Virus record (IMG/VR): IMGVR_UViG_3300048822_000004
Span: 1-54,261 of that record
Direction: 5' to 3' (one strand)
From: a virus
Lineage: Duplodnaviria > Caudoviricetes
Length of the DNA: 54,261 bases
A program made the translations under genes and the position numbers. Position 1 is the first letter of the stretch. Every line of letters begins with the position of its first letter. The notes beneath the pieces were generated by a model. The model had not been told where the DNA came from, searched no databases, and saw nothing but the letters and a program-made list of their open reading frames with translations. Of the stretch, positions 28,146-37,568 are shown piece after piece.

Positions 28146-29216
28146 ATGGCAGGAGCACCAGGAACGCCTACAAATTTTATAGCCCAGACTGCAAATATGC
28201 AGAATCTCGTCAGCTGGAATCTTTCAGCTGGCGCGACTTCCTACATAGTACAGCGTAGTCTAGACAATGTTACATATAACACTATCGCAACTATTACTGG
28301 CAGTCCTCTAGCAACGTCTTATCTTGATACAGCCGTTACATCAGGCACCCAGTACTGGTATCAGGTAGCATCTTCTAGTACGGGCGGTACAAGCCCTTAC
28401 ACAATACCGCAGACAGTGACTCCAGCACCTACAGGCGAATGGAGTCTAGGCGCACTTCGCTTAGCAGCTCAGCAACGTGCCGACAGAGTTAATAGTCAGT
28501 TCGTAACTACGGCTGAGTGGAATTCCTACATAAAACAAGCAATGTTTGAGCTATACGACCTTCTCGTTACGTGCTATGAAGATTACTTCTTAGCAACACC
28601 ACTTCAGTTCATGGCTGACGGCGTTACGTTTCAGTTCCCACTCCCTAATGGCGTAAACAGTTATTTCAATGGTATTACGCTACAGCCTGGGTATATCGCT
28701 CCACCATTCTATAAAATCATGGGAGTAGACCTTGCCCTTAATAATGCCAATAATTCGTACGTTACGATTAATAAGTTTAATTTTATTGATAGAAATCGTT
28801 TCGTTTACCCTAACACGGCCTCTACTATATACGGCGTTTTTAACCTTCAGTATCGCGTACTTGGCAACGTCATTGAGTTTATACCTACTCCAGCTGGCGG
28901 CCAAGGAATAAGGATTTGGTATATCCCTAGAATGACTGAGCTTTTACAAGACACCGATACTACGAATTTCGGTATTTCAGGCTGGCAAGAATATGTAATC
29001 GTACGTGCGGCTAAGTATGCGTTAGATAAGGAAGAATCAGATACTACTATCCTTACACAGGAAATCGCATTTCTCAAAGCCCGTATAGAAGAAACTGCTA
29101 GTAACAGAGATGCCGGTCAACCCGACAGGATTAGTGATACGCGCAGCGGTAATGGCAACGGCTGGGGGACTGGGGGCTTTGGCTCAGGTTACAACGGCGG
29201 CACAGGTGGTTACTGA
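28146..29216 (+). CDS. Head-tail adaptor-like protein with N-terminal FN3 domain
   Basis: FN3 pattern W...GATSY.V.RS...YLDT.V..G.QYWYQV; adaptor-like C-terminal part (QRAD, EW..YI, F.PTP, IWY.P). Confidence 0.7.
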   Translation: MAGAPGTPTNFIAQTANMQNLVSWNLSAGATSYIVQRSLDNVTYNTIATITGSPLATSYLDTAVTSGTQYWYQVASSSTGGTSPYTIPQTVTPAPTGEWSLGALRLAAQQRADRVNSQFVTTAEWNSYIKQAMFELYDLLVTCYEDYFLATPLQFMADGVTFQFPLPNGVNSYFNGITLQPGYIAPPFYKIMGVDLALNNANNSYVTINKFNFIDRNRFVYPNTASTIYGVFNLQYRVLGNVIEFIPTPAGGQGIRIWYIPRMTELLQDTDTTNFGISGWQEYVIVRAAKYALDKEESDTTILTQEIAFLKARIEETASNRDAGQPDRISDTRSGNGNGWGTGGFGSGYNGGTGGY

Positions 29217-29222
29217 ATGATT

Positions 29223-29687
29223 TCAAGTACTTACAAGTTTCTTAGCTCGCCGCCTATTAGATTCAGCAATTTTAGCTCGTGTCTCAGCAGAATGCGTTTT
29301 GCCATAAAAAGGGTTACTACTTCCGGGCATTGGTGGCGGGATATGCTTAGAATTACGTCCTTTTTTAATCATATCAGCCGTATTGTCTTTAGGCGTGCCG
29401 AGGAATAGATGCTTTGGATTAATGCAACTAGGATTATCGCAAGTATGACAAATCAACTGATCAGCCTTAAGCGATCCTATAGTGAGACCTTTGCTTATTT
29501 CATAGGCAACTCTATGAGCTCTAAGATTTCTGCTTTGGTAAGTAATTTTACCATATCCATTCTTGTCTCTAAGTTTATACCAATTCCAACACAAGGAATT
29601 GTCTGGTTGAAATCCATCAGTAGCTGGTATATTCGCGTAACTATCAGTGAAAAATCGTTGTTCAAGAGGCAGTTTGTATTTACCCAT
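29223..29687 (-). CDS. HNH homing endonuclease with NUMOD3 tail
   Basis: CWNW...GYG...AHRVAY...HTCDNPSCINPKHLFLGT..DN..D; NPFYGKTHS.ETR.KI. Confidence 0.9.
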   Translation of the reverse strand: MGKYKLPLEQRFFTDSYANIPATDGFQPDNSLCWNWYKLRDKNGYGKITYQSRNLRAHRVAYEISKGLTIGSLKADQLICHTCDNPSCINPKHLFLGTPKDNTADMIKKGRNSKHIPPPMPGSSNPFYGKTHSAETRAKIAESNRRRAKKLVST

Positions 29688-29694
29688 AAGCCTT

Positions 29695-29722
29695 ATTATA
29701 CACAAAATCGTATGGGTGTCAA
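29695..29722 (-). promoter_or_regulatory. Consensus sigma70 promoter (leaderless HNH transcript)
   Basis: TTGACA-N16-TATAAT; ATG 7 nt downstream. Confidence 0.78.
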
Positions 29723-29725
29723 CTA

Positions 29726-30022
29726 ATGGCACAGCTCCCACAACGGCTTACACTGACGCAGACCCAGCAGCAATGGGCTTCTATTCTAAATCCTTTGCTA
29801 TCGAATCAGCTAACACAAGGTCAACTCCTTACAGGCGTGACCCTTAAAGACGGCCAAAACGTCGTTAATCATAAGCTTGGCAGGCCCTTAGTAGGATGGT
29901 TCGTTGTAGGACAGAACGCTATGGCGAGCCTGTGGGACAGCCAGGCTAGTAACCAGACGCCTCAGCTAACACTGGTGCTTAACTCTAACGCGGCGGTCAC
30001 CGTTGCATTGTGGTGCTTTTAA
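29726..30022 (+). CDS. Small virion/tail protein
   Basis: V.HKLGR...GW.VV pattern; within the tail operon. Confidence 0.65.
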   Translation: MAQLPQRLTLTQTQQQWASILNPLLSNQLTQGQLLTGVTLKDGQNVVNHKLGRPLVGWFVVGQNAMASLWDSQASNQTPQLTLVLNSNAAVTVALWCF

Positions 30023-31755
30023 TGGCTAATACGATATCCCCTAACATGAATCTCATAGTACCGTCGGTCGGAAACGAATCTGGGCCGCAGTATGCGACAG
30101 ACATCAATAACAGTTTGGCGCTTATAGACCAACACGACCATAGCCCTGGTAAAGGCGTTAAAATCACGCCTGCCGGTATGAATATCAACGCTACACTGAC
30201 TTTCAACAGTAATGCCGCTACGAATCTCTTATATACGTCGTATACAGCTGAGTCGTCACCAAGTACTGCCCTTCAGTCCATATCTGTGGCACCCGTAAGC
30301 GGAATAGATGAGCTGTTCTACACAGATAGCAACGGTACTACTACACAAATCACTACGAATGGCAAGGTAGACGCCACTATAGCTACTATAGCAGGGCTAT
30401 CCTATAACGCCACTACGAATTCGTGGAGTTTTACTGATCCTGTCTCGCCTTACTATCCATCAAACCTGTACATTGCAAATCTATATTTACAAACTACTAC
30501 CGGTACTTATAATACCGAGATCGTACCGCCTACTTCGGGCAGCTATCAAATCACTCTCCCCGTACCAATGGCGGAAGGTTATTCAGGAATGCCTAACTTC
30601 TTGAATATGAATCCCAGCGGACAAATCGTAAATACCTATTATCTCGATAATACGACTTTGAACGCCTCTGGTAACGTAATTCAAGTCAAACCTGGCGGAA
30701 TAGGCCCTACACAGCTTAGCGCAGCCGCTTTGTCTGAATTTACTACATGGAATGTACAAGATCTCGATTCAAACGGTACTTGGACAGCGCCTACAGGCGT
30801 TAACCAGATATTTATATTGGGATGGGGCGGAGGCTCAGGCGGAGGCGGTGGTGCTGCTTACTCAGCTACTTCTGGTCCTGCAGGAGGAGCAGTAGTTTCT
30901 GGAGGCGGCGGCTATGGTTCGTCTCCATCATTGGTTACTGTGCCTGTAACCCCAGGTACTACATATAACGTAATCATAGGAGCAGGAGGCGCCGGAGGAG
31001 CAGGGGGCGTTACTACGTATTCACCGGCTAGTGGCAATAACGGTTCGATAGGATCGGATAGCTTATTTGTTTTAAACGGTACGACATTCACTGGAACTAC
31101 TACGAATGGATCTAATGTAATCACAAGCGTATCTAGTGTTGCTGGTCTTGCCGTCGGTCAAATCGTTAACGGAACTAATTTACCTGCCAATTCCGTAATC
31201 GCAATAGTTGGCAGTACTACAGTTACTCTCCTCCAAAAGGCCACCGGTAGTGCATCAGGCACAGTATTTACGCCTGCTACGTTCCTTGTTAGATTTCAAG
31301 GCGCTCAAACCGTAGGTGCAGGTGGTCCTGCAGTTACTACTGGCGGAGGCTTTACAGGCTCTCCAGGAACGGATGTATACGCCGCAGCCGGGGGCCAAAC
31401 AGCTGGTGGTGGGGGCGGGGGCGCCACAACTACCCAAACAGGCGCAGGAGCGAATGGCAATAACTCTAATTATGCTTCTGGCGGGTTAGGCGGAACTAGC
31501 AGTGCCGGTACTTTAGGCATTCCTGCTGCAGGCGCGGGCGGAGGCGGGGCTGGTTACGGCGAAGGTGCGAATGGTGCTAACGGATATACATCGGGTTCTA
31601 CTGCTAATAACGGGTCTTCAGGCGCAGCTAATTCAGGCGCTGGCGGAGGCGGTGGTGGAATGATTTACTATAATGCTGCAGGAACTGTTACGGGCGGTAC
31701 AGGCGGAGCAGGTGGTTCTGGCGGATTAATCCTTTATTGGTTAGGAGCGGCATAA
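30022..31755 (+). CDS. Tail fibre/needle-like protein with glycine-rich domain
   Basis: N-terminal L..P.VG...G..Y...IN..L..ID.HDH; WTAP.GV...GGG glycine-rich domain. Confidence 0.72.
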   Translation: MANTISPNMNLIVPSVGNESGPQYATDINNSLALIDQHDHSPGKGVKITPAGMNINATLTFNSNAATNLLYTSYTAESSPSTALQSISVAPVSGIDELFYTDSNGTTTQITTNGKVDATIATIAGLSYNATTNSWSFTDPVSPYYPSNLYIANLYLQTTTGTYNTEIVPPTSGSYQITLPVPMAEGYSGMPNFLNMNPSGQIVNTYYLDNTTLNASGNVIQVKPGGIGPTQLSAAALSEFTTWNVQDLDSNGTWTAPTGVNQIFILGWGGGSGGGGGAAYSATSGPAGGAVVSGGGGYGSSPSLVTVPVTPGTTYNVIIGAGGAGGAGGVTTYSPASGNNGSIGSDSLFVLNGTTFTGTTTNGSNVITSVSSVAGLAVGQIVNGTNLPANSVIAIVGSTTVTLLQKATGSASGTVFTPATFLVRFQGAQTVGAGGPAVTTGGGFTGSPGTDVYAAAGGQTAGGGGGGATTTQTGAGANGNNSNYASGGLGGTSSAGTLGIPAAGAGGGGAGYGEGANGANGYTSGSTANNGSSGAANSGAGGGGGGMIYYNAAGTVTGGTGGAGGSGGLILYWLGAA

Positions 31756-34700
31756 TTGGCCCTTCAAAAGCAACCCGTATCTATAAACTTCATTCAAGGT
31801 GTAAACACCAAGCCTGATCCTTATCAAATCCCGGTCGGCTCGTTTGCCATGATGAATAACTCAGTCTTTACAACTCTTGGAAGGCTGAGTAAACGAAACG
31901 GCTTTCAAAACATTACTAGCCTCCCACAGCTTGACGGCCAAACCAATTTACTTCAAACCAATATAACGACTCTTAATGACACCCTTGTTATTACAGGTAC
32001 TGATCTCTATGCATTCAATGCGGATGCAAACCAGTGGAATAACAAAGGAATCGTACAACCCGTACAGCTCTCTACTAATACCATAACGAGGACTTCTACG
32101 TCTCAATATGGATCAGATGTAGCCGTCGCCTCCAATGGTATGGCATGTACGGTTTACATGGATACGAACGGGAATAGCTATTATCAAATCTCAGACTCGG
32201 CTACTGGGCAATCTATACTCCCTAGAGTTGCGCTAGAAGCTACTGCCGCTAATCCAAGAGCCTTTGTACTTGGTGGTATTTATTTCGTAGTGACTTATAT
32301 AACATCTACTTTAGCTCTTAAGTACGTGTCAATACCTATAGCAAACGTATCTAACCCAAGAGCGGCTGCGACATTTAGCGCCTCTGTAACGTCTCAAAAC
32401 GCGGGATATGATGGCATATCTATCGGCGGCCTTTTATTTCTGTCTTGGTCTTATTCTACTACTTCTATAGCTACAGGCTTTATAACTACTTCGTTAGCGC
32501 AGTCCGCAGCTGTGCAGTCCGCGACTACCGGCGCGACTTCATTAGTAAGTCTAACCCCTGATACAATCAATAATATCCTCTATGTTACGTACTACTCAGG
32601 CGGATCAGTGTACAGTATTAGTTATACTTACGGGCTAATACCTAAGATGACTGCCACTACTGATGTAACGGCAGCTAACATAGCTACACTCACTAGTATT
32701 ATAAATAATGGAATACTCTACGTTTTTTATGAAACTACTAATCTCGTAACTGTATTACAAGGTTCTGATCAGAATTACATATCAGGCGTACAAGTCGTTA
32801 CGTCCATGATAGGCGCGGGTACTCCAGGAACACCATATGTAATACTGAGATCTCTAGGACTTGCTTCTAAAGCTTTCATTCAATATCAATACACATTGAC
32901 TTCATCGCCTAACGTCCTGATTACATCGAATGTACTTCCCACGACTGCGTACACGTTGCTTGGTTCTACGATTTACATGCTTGCGGCTTATGGAGAGCCT
33001 GCCACGCCTGCACCTCCTTCAGCTCCAGATACTCCGCCCACCTCTAATCAGCCTACGTATCTTTTGATAGATAGCACAGGCCAGATATATATGCGTCTCG
33101 CCTATTCTAATGGTGGAGGATACGAGATCACTCAAGTCTTGTCTAGCGTTCCGTACGTAAACAGCAACTGGTATGTATCTTATCTCTATAAGGATTTACT
33201 CACTTCTGTAAACAAAAACACGGCTACTGGATTGCCTTCAGCTGCTATATACACGCAGACTGGAGTAAATCTAGCTACTTTCACGATTAATGATAATCAA
33301 CAATACTCGTCTGAAATAGCGGGAAGTTTACACCTCACGGGTGGGATGCTCTGGCAATACGATGGTGTAGAGCCTGTAGAACATGGATTTCATGTCTGGC
33401 CGGAAGATCAAAGCATTGTGAATAACATGACTGGCGGAGGACTTGCGCCTCAGGTGTATTACTATCAGTTCACTTATGAGTGGACAGATGCCACGGGTAA
33501 CATCCATCGCTCAGCACCTAGTATCCCTATTACTACAACACTCACAACTACTCCCATTACCTTTACTTCTACTTTTGCTTCCGGAGTATCTAGCATAACA
33601 GCCTCTAGCGTTGCTGGTCTTAAAGTCGGACAGGTGTTGACAGACATTTCTACACCAACGCCTGTCACGTTTCAGTCCGTATTTGCTGCTGGCGAGACAT
33701 TCCTTACCATTACAAGTCCTTCAGGTACATTATATGTCGGCGATATCATTACTGATACTACGACCTCCACTAATATACAAGCCAATACGACTATCGTTAG
33801 TATATCGGGAAGTACTGTAGAGATCTCTCAGCCTACTATAGGAGCATCAGCTACTACCCCTGGCGATACGATTTCTACAATTACATCTAATACGTTACAG
33901 GCCAACACTACTATAACAAGTATTAATGGGACGACGCTAGGCCTGAGTCTACCTACCACAGCGCCTTCTACGGGATCTAATACCCTTCAGACAGTAGATA
34001 CGGGTTCTACGACGATTTACGTTCCTACTCTAAGGTTAACATCTAAACAACCCGATCCAATCGAAGTCGCTGCAGGTAACCCAGTCACTAACCCTGTACG
34101 CATAGTAGGCTATCGCTGGAGTGAAGCCCAGCAAAGCTATTACCAGTTCACTAGTATTCAAAACCCAATCATAAACAATCCAACAGTGGATTATGTAACG
34201 ATTACAGATACTTTGCCGGATAATCAAATCGTTGGGAATGCCTTGATTTACACTACTGGCAGCGTTGTAGAAGATATAGCAGCTCCTGCATCTACTGCCT
34301 CTGCATTGTTTAATAACAGACTTTGGCTTGTAGATGCAGAAGATCAGAACCTTTTGTGGTTCTCTAAGCAAGTAATCGAAGCCGTTCCTGTAGAAATGAG
34401 CGATCTCTTGACGCTCTATGTAGCACCTACTTCAGGTGCTCAAGGTTCTACCGGTGTTATAACGGCATTAGCTCCTATGGATGACAAACTCATTATTTTT
34501 AAAAAAGATGCGATATATTATATCAATGGCACAGGTCCGGACAACACTGGCGCTAACAGCCAATATTCAGACCCGATTTTCATTACTAGTGCTGTGGGCT
34601 GTAATAATCCAAGTTCTATAGTACTAATGCAAAATGGATTGATGTTTCAATCCGATAAAGGCATTTGGCTATTAGGTAGAGATCTAAGTACTAACTACAT

Positions 34701-35415
34701 TGGTGCACCAGTAGAGTCCTATAACTCCATCCCAGTAGTATCGGCGCAAAGTATACCAGCCACGACTCAAGTCCGGTTTATTTTAAATAACAGTATTACA
34801 CTCATGTACGACTATTACGTAAATCAGTGGGGAACGCATTCAAACATCTCTGCTATTTCTGGTACTTTATATCAAAGTTATCAAACCTATTTGAATTCTT
34901 TTGGTCAGATATTTCAAGAAACGCCTAATACTTATGTGGATGGCTCTGAGCCTGTCCTTATGAGCTTTACAACGTCTTGGATTAATATAGCCGGACTCCA
35001 AGGATACGAGCGGTTTTACTTCGGTTATCTCCTTGGTACATACTTCACTCCATTCACGCTGAACGTTCAACTAGCCTATGACTATAATGCTAGCGCGGTA
35101 CAAAATATCACGATCACTCCTGATAATTACGTACCTAACTGGGGCGGCGAAGCACAGTGGGGATCAGGTAATAGCTGGGGTTCTAGTACGATAGCGCAGC
35201 CTGGTAACGGTAGTACGGCTAATATATTTGAGACTCGCTTTTTCCCACAATTCCAGAAATGTGAGTCGTTTCAAGTAACTATATCAGAAGTCTATGACTC
35301 ATCATTAGGCATTCAAGCAGGCCAAGGACTTTCGCTTTCAGGATTGAATCTCATCGTAGGTATGAAGAAAGGTTATAGGACGCAACGTGCTTCAAGAAGT
35401 TTTGGATCAAATTAG
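31756..35415 (+). CDS. Tail hub/nozzle (tail tubular B / stabilisation-like) protein
   Basis: 1219 aa, beta-rich; RLW, LWFSK, LIIFK..AIY.I.G.GP and VGC..P.S propeller pattern. Confidence 0.78.
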   Translation: MALQKQPVSINFIQGVNTKPDPYQIPVGSFAMMNNSVFTTLGRLSKRNGFQNITSLPQLDGQTNLLQTNITTLNDTLVITGTDLYAFNADANQWNNKGIVQPVQLSTNTITRTSTSQYGSDVAVASNGMACTVYMDTNGNSYYQISDSATGQSILPRVALEATAANPRAFVLGGIYFVVTYITSTLALKYVSIPIANVSNPRAAATFSASVTSQNAGYDGISIGGLLFLSWSYSTTSIATGFITTSLAQSAAVQSATTGATSLVSLTPDTINNILYVTYYSGGSVYSISYTYGLIPKMTATTDVTAANIATLTSIINNGILYVFYETTNLVTVLQGSDQNYISGVQVVTSMIGAGTPGTPYVILRSLGLASKAFIQYQYTLTSSPNVLITSNVLPTTAYTLLGSTIYMLAAYGEPATPAPPSAPDTPPTSNQPTYLLIDSTGQIYMRLAYSNGGGYEITQVLSSVPYVNSNWYVSYLYKDLLTSVNKNTATGLPSAAIYTQTGVNLATFTINDNQQYSSEIAGSLHLTGGMLWQYDGVEPVEHGFHVWPEDQSIVNNMTGGGLAPQVYYYQFTYEWTDATGNIHRSAPSIPITTTLTTTPITFTSTFASGVSSITASSVAGLKVGQVLTDISTPTPVTFQSVFAAGETFLTITSPSGTLYVGDIITDTTTSTNIQANTTIVSISGSTVEISQPTIGASATTPGDTISTITSNTLQANTTITSINGTTLGLSLPTTAPSTGSNTLQTVDTGSTTIYVPTLRLTSKQPDPIEVAAGNPVTNPVRIVGYRWSEAQQSYYQFTSIQNPIINNPTVDYVTITDTLPDNQIVGNALIYTTGSVVEDIAAPASTASALFNNRLWLVDAEDQNLLWFSKQVIEAVPVEMSDLLTLYVAPTSGAQGSTGVITALAPMDDKLIIFKKDAIYYINGTGPDNTGANSQYSDPIFITSAVGCNNPSSIVLMQNGLMFQSDKGIWLLGRDLSTNYIGAPVESYNSIPVVSAQSIPATTQVRFILNNSITLMYDYYVNQWGTHSNISAISGTLYQSYQTYLNSFGQIFQETPNTYVDGSEPVLMSFTTSWINIAGLQGYERFYFGYLLGTYFTPFTLNVQLAYDYNASAVQNITITPDNYVPNWGGEAQWGSGNSWGSSTIAQPGNGSTANIFETRFFPQFQKCESFQVTISEVYDSSLGIQAGQGLSLSGLNLIVGMKKGYRTQRASRSFGSN

Positions 35416-35803
35416 AATTGAACCCTTTAGGGTATCTAAGCATATGAAACTGTTACAGGAAATGCTTGTATCTCAAGATTACAATGTACCTGTTCTAGAT
35501 ACAAGCGTACCTAAAATAGGGTATATAGCAATGCTTGGAGATCAGCCTATAGCGGCATGTTTTCTTCGTAGAGTCGAGTGTGACGTGGTAGCTCAGATAG
35601 ACGGACTAACGTCTAATAAGCACTTCGGGAGTGTTCTAAGACACGAGGCTATATCACAAATAGTAGAGACTTTGATAAACGAGGCTAAAACTTTAAAACT
35701 ACAAGGCTTGATAGCCTTCACTACTGACTTAACTATAGTCAATAGATTCGAAGCTACGGGTTTTATTACGTTAAACCATAATTTATTGAGTTTAACATTC
35801 TAG
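35387..35803 (+). CDS. GNAT-like protein following the nozzle gene
   Basis: Position typical of podovirus acetyltransferase-like genes; GNAT-like pattern; start uncertain. Confidence 0.55.
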   Translation: MLQEVLDQIRIEPFRVSKHMKLLQEMLVSQDYNVPVLDTSVPKIGYIAMLGDQPIAACFLRRVECDVVAQIDGLTSNKHFGSVLRHEAISQIVETLINEAKTLKLQGLIAFTTDLTIVNRFEATGFITLNHNLLSLTF

Positions 35804-35810
35804 GAGAACT

Positions 35811-36020
35811 ATGTCTTTCTTAAATTCGTTATTAGGCGGAAGTTCAGGAGCAGGCTATCAAGCCATTGATATGATAGTAGATCAACTCATCATTGAAGCA
35901 AAAGCACTGGAAATCCAGGGACTTATGGCTTTTACACACGACGAAGGCGTACTAAAGAGAGCAAAAAGCCGAGGATTCAATATCCTAGGCGAGAAATTAA
36001 TATCCATAAGTTTCAAGTAA
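35811..36020 (+). pseudogene. Chimeric ORF: ejection-protein N-terminus fused to a GNAT-like C-terminus
   Basis: MSFLNSLLGG resembles 36078 SFISGLLG; IVDQLIIEAKAL.IQGLMAFT resembles 35387 IVETLINEAKTL.LQGLIAFT. Confidence 0.65.
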
Positions 36021-36021
36021 T

Positions 36022-36036
36022 GGACTGTATCGCAAT
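36022..36036 (+). promoter_or_regulatory. Late motif copy 3
   Basis: GGACTGTATCGCAAT before the ejection genes. Confidence 0.75.
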
Positions 36037-36077
36037 ATAGACGACTTGAAGACACTAGTCATATCTAGAGGTGTATC

Positions 36078-37568
36078 ATAAGCTTTATATCAGGTCTTTT
36101 AGGACTAGCAGGCGGCGTAGCTGGAACTGGCTTTAGTGCTCCTTCCAGTGCTAATATACTTCAACCAACAACTGCAGCTCAGGCAACTACAGCCTATAAT
36201 CAAAATCAGACGGCATTACAACAGCAGCAAAATTTTTTAAATGCTGTTCAAGCCCAGAATGGGCTAGGTAATCAATCCCAAGTATATAATCAGCTCCAAA
36301 ACATAGCCTCAGGCCAAGGCCCTAATCCAGCTCAAGCCATGCTTAATCAGGCTACTGGCCAAAACGTAGCGTCTCAAGCCTCACTTATGGCAGGGCAGCG
36401 TGGATCAGGAGCTAATGCGGGTTTGATGGCTCGGCAAGCCGCTCAGCAAGGCGCCGCGACTCAGCAGCAAGCCGTAGGCCAAGGCGCTACTATGCAAGCA
36501 AACCAAAGTTTGAATGCATTGTCAGCTGCTGGCAATATGGCTAACAATCAAGCCGCGCAGCAAGCACAGGCCACAAGTGCCGTTACTAATGCGAATCAAT
36601 CAGAACAATCCAACATATTAAATGCAATAGCAGGTCAAAATAACGCCAATGTAGGCATGCAATCCAATATAAATTCTGCTAACACAGCCTTAGCGGGACA
36701 GGAAATGCAATCCCAGAATCAATTATTGGGTAGTATGATGCCTTCGGCTGGTTCGGCTATGCAAATGCTAGCTGATGGTGGTGAAGCGACGGAAGGCGAT
36801 TCTGGCGTTCAAGTATCGGCACCACAAGTATCCTCTGTATCTATTCCGTCTACTTCGAATCCTTTTACGTCTTCTAGTGGTGGCGGTGGTAAAGGCGGAG
36901 GATTACTAGCCTTACTAGCAGATGGCGGCGGCGTTCAAGTATCGGCACCACAAATTTCTGCAATATCCATACCTTCGATATCTAACCCATTTCAAAGTTC
37001 TCAATCCCCTAAGCAAAGTCAGTCTTCAGGCGCTGGGCCAAAATCTACGGTCGGCAAAGCATTTGCTAGTGCTAATAACACAGGTTCTGGTAATCAAAGT
37101 TTTCAGCCTAAAACACTTGGAGATTATGCCATAAATGGCATTAAGAGTCTTTTTAGCTCTCCTGATCCCAATTCCCAAAAGGTTACTTCCCAAGATATTG
37201 CTACGCCAGGCCAAGGAAATGCTCCAGACACATACAGCGCCCCTGGCGCTATAGATGTAACAGACCAAACAAAAATGGCACACGGCGGTAAAGTACCTGC
37301 TTTAGTAAGCCCTGGCGAGATACGCATTAAAGCCAAGGACGTCAAGAAAGTCGCCGAAGGAAAGAAATCTCCGATGTCCGGTGAGAAAATCCCAGGTAAG
37401 CCTAAAGTCGGAGGCGCTAAAAACGATTATGCTAATGATACCGTGCCTAAGACCTTGAATGAAGGCGACATTATTCTTCCGCGTAGTGTTACTCAGTCAA
37501 AGCATCCTCACTGGGCCGCACATAAATTCGTTCAAGACATCATGATGCAAAAACACAGAAAGAAATAA
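36078..37568 (+). CDS. Internal virion/ejection protein 1 (probable ATA start)
   Basis: Frame of 36339 is open 87 codons upstream to ATA, which follows RBS GAGGTG; Q/A/N-rich; AxGG motifs. Confidence 0.72.
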   Translation: MSFISGLLGLAGGVAGTGFSAPSSANILQPTTAAQATTAYNQNQTALQQQQNFLNAVQAQNGLGNQSQVYNQLQNIASGQGPNPAQAMLNQATGQNVASQASLMAGQRGSGANAGLMARQAAQQGAATQQQAVGQGATMQANQSLNALSAAGNMANNQAAQQAQATSAVTNANQSEQSNILNAIAGQNNANVGMQSNINSANTALAGQEMQSQNQLLGSMMPSAGSAMQMLADGGEATEGDSGVQVSAPQVSSVSIPSTSNPFTSSSGGGGKGGGLLALLADGGGVQVSAPQISAISIPSISNPFQSSQSPKQSQSSGAGPKSTVGKAFASANNTGSGNQSFQPKTLGDYAINGIKSLFSSPDPNSQKVTSQDIATPGQGNAPDTYSAPGAIDVTDQTKMAHGGKVPALVSPGEIRIKAKDVKKVAEGKKSPMSGEKIPGKPKVGGAKNDYANDTVPKTLNEGDIILPRSVTQSKHPHWAAHKFVQDIMMQKHRKK

